Source: Octopus vulgaris (lineage: Eukaryota). From it: a stretch of DNA of 64,000 nucleotides. The notes under the pieces are model-generated. The model made no database searches and had not been told where the DNA came from. It saw nothing but the letters and a program-made list of their open reading frames with translations. The translations under genes and the position numbers were made by a program. Each line of letters starts with the position of its first letter. Position 1 is the first letter of the stretch. The stretch spans positions 16,182,001 through 16,246,000 of the forward strand of contig OX597829.1 in NCBI GenBank assembly GCA_951406725.2, written 5' to 3'. Positions 11,321 through 23,166 of this stretch are shown here, piece after piece.

Positions 11321-12339
11321 GCCACCACAGCATCTGTTGATATATATCTACCACCATACCTCTCTCCCCCATCTCCTTCTCTTTTTCTCTTTTTTCCAAC
11401 TGAGAAAGCCATGTATCTCCTCTACAGCAAGACACCTATCTCTATTCCTCTATCATACATTTAAACCACTCATCCCCTGACACAATGTCACATCCCTGAT
11501 AACTAGTTTCCATACTAGTTAAGGAAGTTTTGTCTTGCAAGTTTCTTGATAACCCAGCTGGTTGCTGGTGCCATGTAAAAAAAAAAAGTACCCAGTACAC
11601 TCCGTAAAATGGTTGGCATTAGGAAAGACATTCAGCTGTAAAAACAATGCCAAAGCAAGCAGACAGTTAGAGCTTGGTGCCATCTTCTGACTTGCCAGCT
11701 CCTGTCAAAATTGTCCAACCCATGCCAGCATGGAAAATGGACATTAATACATGATGATGATAATGGTGATGGTGGTGGTGGTGGTGGTGGTGGTGGTGGT
11801 AGCTTAAGTTTTTGCAATTTACTGATTGCTGTCACTCAATAAATAGATAAATGGTGAGAAAAGAAAAATTTCCTTCAGCAAACATATGTAAAAAATATAA
11901 ACATAACAGAACTAAAAATAAAAAAAAAATGCTATTACAACAGTTCAGCCTGTATTATAAAGAAGCTTAGATATATTATCTGCTAATTCTACTTAGCATT
12001 ATTAGTGGCCTACTGAACCCCAGCACAAAACACACACATAACCTCTCTATCTCTCGTTTTCTTTTTATTTATTTCTTGTTTTTCTTCTTTCTCTTCTTCA
12101 TATTTGTATGTGTGTACATATATGTATATGTAGACATATGTACATATGTATATATATAAAATGTGTATGCATATATGTTCGTATTTTTTAAATCTTTTTC
12201 CTTTTACTTGTTTCAGTCATTAGACTGTGACCATGCTGGGGCACCCCCTTGAAAAATTTTTAGTCAAATGAATTGACCCCTGCATATATTTTAATGATGA
12301 TGATGATGATGATGTGGATAGTACAGAAGATTCAATCGG

Positions 12340-13020
12340 AAAAACATGCCATCTGAAGACAGAACACAAGGCTGAATGGAAATGGTGAAATTGAGGAGGT
12401 AAAGGAATATGTCTACTTAGGAGACACATGGATCTTGGAATTTCAAAGAGAATAAGGGCAGGATGGAAGGCGTTTACCTCATTAAAGGGTGTGCTCAAAG
12501 CAAAGCTGGACAAGACCATACATATCACAATCTTCAATAGAACCGTCCTACCTGTGTTCTTATATGCAATTGAGATGTGAGCCACTACAAAGAGAGAACA
12601 TGAATTGGCTACAATGCAAAGGACGATGGAAAGATCCATGCTAGGAACATCATTCTGAGAGAATATTCAAAGTGAGATCATTCAAGAACATAGTGATGAA
12701 TGTTAAGATTGCAGAATACCTATTTCTTTACTACCCACAAGGGGCTAAACACAGAGAGGACAAACAAGGACAGACAAATGGATTAAGTCGATGATATTGA
12801 CCCCAGTGCGTAACTGGTACTTAATTAATCGACCCCGAAAGGATGAAAGGCAAAGTCGACCACGGCGGAATTTGAACTCAGAATGTAACAGCAGACGAAA
12901 TACGGCTACGCATTTCGCCCAGAGTGCTAACGATTCTGCTAGCTCACCATCTACATGGTTGTGATTGCAGAATACCACAAACCAAAGTTCTGTTGGGTTG
13001 GACATGTCACAAGGTTCACA
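12340..13020 (+). mobile_element. degenerate RTE-clade LINE RT C-terminus, interrupted by SINE B
   Basis: EEVKEYVYLG, KRIRAGWKAF, FNRTVLPVFLYAIE, QRTMERSMLG and CWVGHVTR, with stops and frameshifts. Confidence 0.8.
12721..12950 (-). mobile_element. tRNA-derived SINE family B, young subfamily
   Basis: 14-bp TSD GATTGCAGAATACC (12707-12720, 12963-12976). B box GAGTTCAAATTCC. 3' end AAAGAAATA. Confidence 0.9.
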
Positions 13021-13214
13021 GAAGGTATGCAGATCTGTGTGGTTGCCAAATAGTATCAAAGAGAGCAGAAAGGCCTTCACAATGATGCATTTGTATTTGT
13101 ACCCTACCATGGCTTGACACCCAGCATGGGATTGTTTATGAACCTATAACTTGGAATTTCAGTATAAAAAAAAAAAATTTTTTTTTAAATAACCAGACTT
13201 TGAGCAGGTTGTTA

Positions 13215-13700
13215 GTACCTGAAATTGCTTAGGTAATTTACATTACAGAATCTCAACAGCATTTATCCTATTTTACTCCCTATAACATAGCTACCATGGT
13301 TTGGCCCAAGATGTACAATAAAGTTGCAGGTATGATAATGAGGTTACTATCATTCATTATCACCAGGATCCCATAGAAACAATCCTTTTCTTCACAGCTC
13401 AGTCCTATTTCAGGTTCATATACAAACTCCACTTTAGCTGCCCTGTTGCATCTCACTAGTCTTAGCTTAAATATTTTGTCACATGCTTTAATTCCATCAA
13501 TTACCTAATCTATTTTCTTGGAACAATATCCCTCCCCTATTCACTCCAGTGCTATCGGTCACTTTGTGTCTGTATCCCTGAGAAATCTGGCAGAGGCTCT
13601 CCTCTATCTTATCCCTTGTTCACAGCACACAACTACTCTCCTCCATTCTAGCATCTCTGCAATTTTTCTAGACCTACCTTTTCATCTTGCCAACAATGAT
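13215..13700 (-). mobile_element. highly degenerate RTE-type AP-endonuclease region
   Basis: Reading across frameshifts gives VGKMK.RS..IAEMLE, VCCEQGIR.RRASARF and EEKDCFY. Confidence 0.55.
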
Positions 13701-14375
13701 GGTGGCACTCTTGAAGTTTTGTACCTGACAGGAAGAGGTGGGGCTTCTGTTGGTGGCTAGGTTATTTGATGTCTGTTTCCTGCACCTGCAAGGAAGAGAA
13801 TTGGTACCATCGTTTGATGATAGTCAAGGGGGTTCTCACATAGGATCAGAGGTTTCCCAAATGACCAACCCACAATCATGCACAGCACTAACTCAATCAT
13901 TGTCAGTCCTGTATATTCAATTAGGGTTTTTATTGCATTAAAACTTGTAAATTTTTAGAAGGTTTCTACAGTTGGATGCCTTTCCTGTCATCAACAACTT
14001 GACACTATGGACTGGATGCTTTATTTTTCTTTTCTTTTTGAACTACAAACACTAGACATTATCCTTTAGTACTAATGTGACCCCTCTATGCAGTTACAGC
14101 TATCATAGATGTGTTACCATTGTTGCAGCTTTTGGAAACAATATCTTCTCTGTATAGCTTTTTTTTTTTCTTAATTATAGTTACTAGTCCCCTAGATAGA
14201 TTGATTCCAATGTAACTAGTTGATTCCATATCTTCCCCAAGTAAAATTCCATTTAAAGTTACAGTTCTCCTAGTCAGGTAGCTTTCACTAGAGCTGAGGA
14301 GCTATATCTTAGAATGCTTTTATTTGGATCACGGCAATCATGTAGGAACTGCTTCACTGTCATGGTACCAGTATA

Positions 14376-14605
14376 TATTTCTTTACTGCCCACAAGGGGC
14401 TGAACATAGAGGGGACAAACAAGGACAGACAAAGGGATTAAGTCGATTACATCAACCCCAGTGCGAAACTGGTACTTTATCTATCGACCCCGAAAGGATG
14501 AAAGGCAAAGTCGACCTCGGCAGAATTTGAGCTCACAACGTAACAACAGACGAAATACTGCAAAGCATTTTGCCTGGCATGCTAATGTTTCTGCCAGCTT
14601 GCCGC
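14376..14605 (-). mobile_element. SINE family B
   Basis: 15-bp TSD CATGGTACCAGTATA (14361-14375, 14606-14620). Confidence 0.9.
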
Positions 14606-16399
14606 CATGGTACCAGTATAGTTGGAGTAATGATAAATATAGTTGTAAAGAATACAGGGAGTAGATAACTGGCCATAACTGTTTTTATAAGTAACTGTAG
14701 TAACCGGTGGTGGGGGATTTCATAGTTGACAGCAATCCTTAGGGTAACTAATAGACATAGCTAAGAGGAATACTCAGAGTAATTACAGTAATGGCAGGTG
14801 GACATAGTTTCTGTTCACAATGCTATCCATAAGTAACTGTGATATCACCAATTTCACTTTGAATATTAATGTCATAAAAGGGAGTTATTCTCCTATGATA
14901 CACACTGCTGTGACCAACATATTTTGTGTCCAAATCTGCCTGGACATCTTTAGAAATAAACATGCAAATAATTGATTCCGATCTCAGTGTACATAGTGCA
15001 AATAACGATTTTTTTCTTCCTATGAACATTGTCAATACAAAAACGGTAAAGATTAATTGAACAAATAGACAGTCAGAATGTGTCTTTGAGAGTTTTACCA
15101 ATAATAAGAGAGACAGAGACAGAGATAGTTCTGAGTACAAATTCTGCTGAGGTCTACTTTGCCTTTCATCATTTCAGACTCAATAAAATAAGAAGTAATC
15201 AAGCATAATGGTAAATATAATCAAATAGCGCCTTCCCAAAAAAATGTCAGACCTTATGCCTATAGTAGAAAGAATTATTGTTTTTGTTATTGTAATTCTT
15301 ATTATTGTTGTTATTACCATAAACAATTTTAAAAATGAAAAATTGAAAAGAAAAGAAATTGTAAAACAAAATGTATAAATTGATCATAAATGAAAATATG
15401 GTAGACAATTTTTCATCTGATATAAAACCACCTCCCTCTCTCAAATACTTCCCATTTAGTAGTATTGGGAGTTTTTTTTTTTTCCTTTCTCTTTCCATGT
15501 TCTTCTGTCTTGCAGGTTACCCAGTAACCTCACTGGTGTTGGTGCCATGTATATAAAAGCACTCTCTGTAAAATGGTTGGTGTTACGAGAGGTATCCGTC
15601 AATAGAAATCACAGCAAAACAGCTAGTAGAACTTGGCATAGTCTTATAAGTTACTACCTCCTGTAAAAGCTGCCTAAGCAATGTCAGCATGGACAATGGA
15701 CATTAAATGATGACGATGATGATGACAACAATGATGATGATGATGATGATGAAGAAGAAGTTATGTTTATCATAACAAATACGACGAACGTAAATTAAAC
15801 CGATCAATAAATAAACACCCCGGAATGCAAACATGGGTATATTCCAGAGAGACTCGTACCGTTTTTCGTACGACATTCTACTGCCTCCTTCTAAGAACAG
15901 TTGTTTCTCTCCTCTCTCCCTCAGTGTCTCTGTCTTTTCTCAAAGACATACACATACAGGAATGAATTTAGTAACATGGAAAATACATCAACAGAATGAG
16001 AATAGATAAATCATCTGTGTATAAAGACAATTTTAAGCTTCTCTGTAAATGCTGAAGGATTTTTGAAAATCGTATGGAGTCACAGCGGGGTTAAGTTACT
16101 TATGAACAACAACAAAATATTAGAATAGTTTAGTTTTCATGAAGCATTGTCGCATTCTTTTATTCCTTTGCTTGTTTCGGTCATTTGACTGCGGCCATGC
16201 TGTGGCACCAACTTGAAGGGCTTTCAATCAAAAAAATTGACCCCAGGACTTATTCTTTGTAAGCCTACTACTTATTCTATCAGTCTCTTTTGCTGAACGT
16301 TATGGGAATGTAAACACACTAACAAGGGTTGTCAAGTGATAGGGGGGGGGCAAACACAGACACAAAGACATACACACAAACATACATATATATATATAT

Positions 16400-17248
16400 G
16401 GACAAGGACAGCTGTGTAAAGAACCTGTGGAAGAGGTAGACCAGGAAGACGTGGGACAAGGTGGTGAAGCATGATCTTTGAACTTTGAACCTCACAGAGA
16501 CAACGACTAGTCACCAAGACCTTTGGTGAAGAGATCTGCTTTAAGAGGACCCGTCAAGCCAAATGCACCTGTGCTGGTGGCACGTAAAAAAAATCAACTT
16601 TTGAACACTGAGCCTCACGGAGGCAAAGTGGCTGAGTTCCTTTCAAGAGTTGGGCCTTACGGAAGCAAAGTGGTTGACTTCTTTTTCGAGTGTTGGGCCT
16701 CCTGAAGGCAAAGTGGACTAGTTCCTTTCAAGTGTTGGGCTTCATGGAGGCAATGACCAAGACCTTTGGCATTTTGTCTATTTCTTTACTACCCACAAGG
16801 GGCTAAATACAGAGAGGACAAACAAGGACAAACAGATTAAGCCGATTACATCGACCCTAGTGCGTAACTGGTACTTAATTTATTGACCCCTAAAGGAATT
16901 TGAACTCAGAACGTAACGGCAGACGAAATACAGCTACGCATTTCGCTCAGCGTGCTAACGTTTCTGCCAGCTCGCTGCCTTTGGCATTGTCATGCTTGAG
17001 AAGACTCATCAAGCCAAGCAAAATTGCAGTCATAGTAGATACCAATATCACACAAATGGCACCTGTGTCAGTGGCACATAAAAGCACCCATTACATTTTT
17101 GGAGTGGTTGGCATTTTGAAGGGCATCCAGCTGTAGAAAACCATGCCAAATCAGACTGGAGCCTGGTGCAGCCTTCCAGCATGCCAGCCCAATCAAACCA
17201 TCCAACCCAGGCCAGAATGGACAACAGACGTTAAATGATGATGATGAT
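16400..17248 (+). mobile_element. RTE-clade LINE 3' end (ORF tail, 3' UTR and (GAT)n), nested in SINE A and holding a SINE B
   Basis: GRGRP/KTWDKVVKHDL.TLNLTE..DLW, then the UTR motif GGAGTGGTTGGC.TT.GAAGGGCATCCAGCTGTAGAAA and ACGTTAAATGATGAT. This ties the abundant (GAT)n-tailed repeat to an RTE LINE. Confidence 0.8.
16779..16980 (-). mobile_element. SINE family B (internal deletion)
   Basis: Imperfect TSD CCTTTGGCATT(TT)GTC on both sides. Confidence 0.85.
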
Positions 17249-18094
17249 ATATACAACAGACGTCTTTCAGTTTTTGTCTACCAGATCCACTCACAAGGCT
17301 TTGGTTGGCCTGGGGCTATAGCAGTAAACACTTTCATGTCAAGGCCTTGGTCCAAGTTGAAGCTTTGCTTCTTCACAAAATAATGTAATTGCAGGTAAAT
17401 GTGAACTCGTTTGCCAGTGACACACTACAGGCACCTGGTACACTCTGTGGAGTGGCTGGCATTTGGAAGGGCATCCAGTCCTAGAAACTAAGCCAAAACA
17501 GACTGGAGTCTGGTGCAGCTCTCTGACTTACCAGTCTCGGTCAAACCATCTAACCCATGCTGGCATGGAAAACAGGTGCTAACTGTTGATGATTATGTTG
17601 TTGATGATGATGATGGTGATGATGATGTATATACTGTTGATTGCACAGAAGAAAATGATGCTGCAACTAGCTCTAGATGAGAAAAGGGCATCGATTTTTC
17701 TCAATTTTTTACATTCCTTTGACAACAACAGTGTGGGAATCTGAAATGAATTTTTACTACCCCAAATGTAAAGGAAAGTGAATATTTTACAGAATTTTTC
17801 AATAATGAGGTAGCAAATCTTATTGTGCAAGAGACTAACAATTATTATAGTTTTGTATTTATTTAAAATGAAAATAAACATAAAAAAACTCTTAAGAAAA
17901 AGATATTAAATTTTTTTCCCATTTGGCACAAACATTCATAAAAACCTTTGCTGCTTTTTAAGAGTCAAAATTTTTCAAGTCAAAAGCCCAGTTCTGTAAG
18001 GATCAAGTCACAGAACAGAGAAGAAGGAACTCTACTTATCAAAGCTTTTGTCGGAGAGACTTGGAGGAGGTTTTGGATATAATTTATTGAGTCA

Positions 18095-18473
18095 AGTACA
18101 ACCTATTGAGTCAAGTACATCAACATCAAAATAAATATCAAATGGAAGTTGTAGTTGTGATACCTGTGCCAGTGGCACATAAAAAGCACCATCCGAACGT
18201 GGCCGATACCAGTGCTGCCTTGACTGGCTTCTGTGCCAGTGACACGTAAAAAGCACCATCCGATCATGGCCACTGCCAGCCTCCCCTGGCACATAAAAAG
18301 CACCCACTCCACTCACGGAGTGGTTGGCGTTAGGAAGGGCATCCAGCTGTAGAAACACTGCCAGATCAGGCTGGAGCCTGGTACAGCCTCCTGGCTTCCA
18401 AGACCCCAGTTGAACCGTCCAACCCATGCTAGCATGGAGAACGGACATTAAATGATGATGATGATGATGATGA
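18095..18473 (+). mobile_element. RTE LINE 3' UTR fragment with (GAT)n tail
   Basis: Same UTR as 16400-17248. Other copies at about 6310-6470(-), 25468-25613(-), 32418-32623, 43177-43327(-), 44545-44740, 50919-51215(-), 59340-59500 and 63265-63645. Older relatives at 6870-7380, 11330-11760, 19840-20280, 21902-22256, 30660-31710 and 49420-50360. Confidence 0.8.
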
Positions 18474-18748
18474 TATGTTCTTGATTTTTAAAAAATGAAA
18501 AATATCATGAACAAAAATTACAGTTGATAGCTAGATTTAAATATAAAAGTTTTAAAAACTTGTCCAAGCTTCTCTTTTACATAATGATGAGAATCTTAAG
18601 AAGTTAGGCTGGATTTATGCATATGTCTTACTTCAGATTATCAACATGTAGATTGCAAATGCAAATTCTTAATCTTGAGTTGGAATTTGTTATGTGAATA
18701 TAAGAGATAACCCAATTTCTATATTGGCCAAGAAATCTGTAGGGATTT

Positions 18749-18955
18749 AAATATAACCAGGTGGAATTATGCCAAAGAAATGGCTGGCAAGCAAGGTATG
18801 ATCTTATCAAAGTGGGATGTAGAGGGTTTGTGGGTCAGTCTCTCTACAGCATACTTGGCCTCCATGGGGCCAGTCGGTAGAATGCCATCAGATTGGCTAC
18901 AGAGGCAACAGGGGCTGCTTCAAGGTGGCTATGGATCAGGAGGTGGGAGCCATGG
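18749..18955 (+). mobile_element. Hero-like (R2-group) LINE C-terminal fragment
   Basis: One frame reads KYNQVELCQRNGWQARYDLIKVGCRGFVGQSL..GASR*NAIRLATEATGAASRWLWIRR, matching the EVGCRGF...ASRWLW tail I recall for Hero elements. Confidence 0.7.
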
Positions 18956-19132
18956 AAGGAGCAGTGCCACCAGGGGTAGTGCTAACTGGAGACACCAAAT
19001 ATATGTAATATAATCTTTCCAACTGGGGTAGCCAGGCATCTCCTGTACTACAAGACACTTATCTTCATTCCTTTGTTATATTTTAACCTCTCTTCAACTG
19101 GCATAGGGCCACCTCCCTCAATATTATTCTTA

Positions 19133-19364
19133 CTTCTTTATTGTCCACAAGGAGCTAAACATAGAGGGGACAAACAAGGATAGACAAAGGGATTAAGTTG
19201 ATTACATCGACCCCAGTGCGTAACTGGCACTTAATTTATCAACCCTGAAAGGATGAAAGGCAAAGTCAACCTCGGCGGAATTTGAACTCAGAACGTAACT
19301 ACAGACAAAATACTGCTAAGCATTTCGCCCGGCGTGCTAACGATTCTGCCAGCTCGCCGCCTTG
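19133..19364 (-). mobile_element. SINE family B
   Basis: 13-bp TSD AATATTATTCTTA (19120-19132, 19365-19377). Confidence 0.9.
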
Positions 19365-20363
19365 AATATTATTCTTATCTCAGTTTAGGGCTTTGTTTTG
19401 CCCATTATTTGGTTTCATCAACCTTGACTGGGTTGCTTGTGGAAGAGTGTCTCATGTCAAAAGATCCAAAACACCTAATGACCTCAGGGAACATCACTGG
19501 AGGATGGTGTGTGGAAAAAAGAGATAAAAGTAAAAATAGAGACTTAGGTGTTAAGAAGAGCTCAAATTGAAAATTAGTGAGAGAGAGAGGGAGAGAGAGA
19601 GAGAGAGTGGTTGCAAATAAAAACCAAAATTTGGTGCACGTCGGCGTGGAATATGATATAACTGATATGATAGCATACAAGCTAAAAACAGAAAAAGAAA
19701 ACAAAAATGTTTTGGATTCAGGGACGCCAACAGTAACTGGAACCACTACAAACCATAATAAATATTTACTGAGACAGATTTCAATTTTACCTTTGTAGAC
19801 AAAATCACATGGGGTTTATGTATAAGTGTTTTATATATCATCATCATCGTCGTCATCGTGATTTAACATCCATTTTCCATGCTGGCATTGATTGGATGTT
19901 TGGACAGGATCTGGCAAGCTAGAGGATTGTACTAAGCTCCAATCTCTGCTTTGGCATGGTTTCTACAGCTGGATGTCCTTCCTAATGCCAACCACTTTGC
20001 AGAGTGTTACTGGGTGCTTTTCTATCATATGTGGCACCAGCAACAGTGAGGTCACCAACTGACTTGCAAGGCAAGACTCTCTCTCAACTAAGGGGAAGTG
20101 ATTTCATGTTAAGTGATGAATAGAGAGACAGAAATGTTTTGCTGTAGGGAAGATACATGGCTACCTCAGTAGGGAGAGAGGGGGAAGGGTTGGGGGAGAT
20201 AGAGGGGAAGATATAGGGGATGGAGGGGAGAGTGACATACACATAAATAGAAAAGATGTGGTAGAGGATACACTCAAATGCATGCATGCATGTATGTATG
20301 TATGTATGTATGTATGTATGTATGTATGTATGTATGTATGTATATATATATATATATATATAT

Positions 20364-20398
<35 letters not shown>

Positions 20399-20402
<4 letters not shown>

Positions 20403-20651
20403 AATTATATACGTTTTCATAATTATTTTCCAATTTACTTAATCATCGGTATATTATTGTTATTTTAATTTTAATATTTCTAATATATGTAATTTTCTAG
20501 ATGGTGTAATTTAATTGTTCATTTTGAATTGATAAAAGCTGGTTCTTTCTAATTTTTTTATATATATATATACTTTATTGTGTGAAATTTGATTTAGTAT
20601 TTCTAAATTGAATTTTTTTCCCTGTAAGTTAAGAATAATATTCCCTCAAAT
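20399..20651. repeat. AT-rich dispersed repeat embedded in (TA)n, copy 1
   Basis: Reverse-complement copy at 53368-53620. No ORF or TIR seen. Confidence 0.75.
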
Positions 20652-23086
20652 AATTATTATATATATATAAATGTGTGTGCGTGTTTGTGTGAATGCATGT
20701 GCACACACAAACACACGCACACAGAGAAAGAAGAAAAGAGAAAAAGAGAGAGAGAGAGAGATAAAAGTTTTGGTAGAATAGCCATGGTGACTCCCATTAT
20801 GGCAAATGAGTTTAAATATAACCCAACTCCTTCATGGTTACAGTTCTAAACAATTAGACAGCCCATGTGCTTTAATTAATTTTCAATATGATCAGGAAAT
20901 TGTGAAAGCATTCAGTAAAATATCTGTAATTTATATTATTGGTATTCGTTATGGCTGGTGCTGATCATCTGGAATGATATGATAATGAATCTTATTCTAA
21001 TGGATTTTGATGGAGATTTTAATTTAAAAGTGAACATTTTAATACTGGCTGTTCTAACAATTTTGGTATTAAAAACAAAGAAGAAATAAATAGGCATGAG
21101 TATAACTGTTTTAAAAGAAGTTAACTTTGGAAGTTTGTGATTTCGGTAGGTTATATTATATTACATAGTACTGTGGCCAAATATCTTGTAATGTAGAACT
21201 AAGAGAACATTTCCTCAGCCTTGTTTGGAATTTGGTACCTGGAAATACAATGTTCGGTTGAACAAATTGACCCGAGTCTAGTATTTATTTTATCAGTCTC
21301 TTTTGTTGAATCACTAAGTTATGGAGACATAAACAAAACAACACTGGTTATCAAGCAGTGATGGGAGACAAATACAAAAAACATATACACACAAAATGCT
21401 TCTTTCAGTTTCCATTTCCCAAATTCACCCACAAAGTTTTGGTCAGCCTAGGGCTACTGCAGAAGACACTTGGCCAAAGTGTCATTCAGTGGGACTGAAC
21501 CCAGAACCGTGCAGTCGGGAAGAAAACTTATAACCACACAGCCATATCTGCACTTAGGCATCTCTCTTATTCTTTGACAGAACTAATTATTTGTATTGCT
21601 GTTTGCAATAAATTTTCTTGTGTTCTTCTGCTTCACTATATAGGCCTAGACTGTCCTAGGGGGCAGACCATGGCATTTTGGATAAAGAGTGCTAGCAATA
21701 TCCAGCAATAAAAATAACATGCTATTTGAGAATAAATAAAGAGAAAAATCTAGGCTCTTCATCATCACTATCATCATCATCATCATCATCAACATCAGAA
21801 GAGGGGGAGAGGACGAGGATGGCAAGGAGTAGGAGTAGAAACAAGGCCTAATCAGTTAGAAAGATTATATTAGATATATAAGCATATAATTGGATTATTA
21901 TGATGATCATCATCATCATTATCATTTTACATTCTCCTTCTGTTCTGGCATGGATTCGATGGTTTGACAAAAGATGGCAAGTCGGAAGACTGTGCTAAGT
22001 TCCTACTGTCTGTTTTGGCATGGTTTCTATGGTTGGATACCCTTTCTAACACCAACCACTTCACAGAATGGACTGGGTTCTTTTTATGTGGCACCAGCAC
22101 TGGAGAGGTAACCAAGTAACTTGCAAGACAAGACCCTTCAACGAAGGCAAAAGTAGTACTGAAGGAGGTTGCTTTGTACAAGATGATGGGAGGTAAGTAT
22201 AGGAACAAAGGGACGGAAATAGGTGTCTAGCAGTAGAGGAGACAGGTGACTACCTCAGAAAGATTATATTCCAGATATATATATATAACTGGATCATTAT
22301 ATCTGTAAGGTATGTGGAAGAGAGTGTAATTCGGCAGGAGAACTTAAACGACATGCAAAGGTACATGAAGCCCAATTACAACTACAGCCGGCTATTACCG
22401 GTAAAGGTTTTAGCTGCCAATTTTGCACAAGACATTGTAGATCTTTAGCTGGGCTAAAAAGTCATGGGGCAGCCATCATGTATGTATGTATGTATGTGTA
22501 TATATATATATATATATGGCTATGTGGTATTAACAGATAGATTTTCAGATAGATAGACATATTCAGACAGACAGACAGATGTATAAGGGAAAGGCTATAG
22601 AAGTTTGAAAAGGGTTTCCTTGAACATGGAAGTATTAAGAGCTTGCTTCAGAGGGGCTGTCATCAGAACCTCAATGAAAATATAGTGTTGGAAGTGTGAA
22701 ATGTGTGACCATATAGTCCTTTATAAGGTTGGGTATTTCAATTATCTGAAGTCCCATGAAAGATCAGCTGCATGCAACATCTTTCCTCCTAGACTGGATG
22801 ATCTAGAGTTTTAGTGTGTGTGAAAAAAGCTTGCATGTCATTTTCAAGTGTGAAAAGACCTATGGCAGTTCAAAGAGATCATATTCTACAAAGTGACCCA
22901 ATCAGTCTAGTGGAAGTTACAACTTTCCTCTCTTCATCTAGCGCCTATACTTTAAACCATATAGCTCTACCAAGAGACTGAACAGTCATCAGAAAAGACA
23001 CAGACAGAAAATCAGAAATACCACTGACTATGAGGAAGCTCAGAGAGAGATGGCAATCACCTGTGAAGGTAGAGAAATCACCAAAC

Positions 23087-23090
<4 letters not shown>

Positions 23091-23165
<75 letters not shown>
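23091..23165. repeat. (TG)n microsatellite
   Basis: Directly visible. Confidence 0.98.

Positions 23166-23166
<1 letters not shown>

Noticed and set aside
16575-16760. Repeat-spacer-like array (CRISPR-like)
   Set aside because: Degenerate tandem subrepeats of an RTE 3' UTR in eukaryotic DNA, with no cas genes.
19620-19681. Strong polypyrimidine-AG acceptor on the minus strand
   Set aside because: No good donor downstream and no recognisable peptide in any phase.
22580-22910. Degenerate zinc-finger-like frame and a minus-strand CTGATGA
   Set aside because: Probably an old LINE tail. The CTGATGA lacks GAAA and stem I, so no hammerhead is called.
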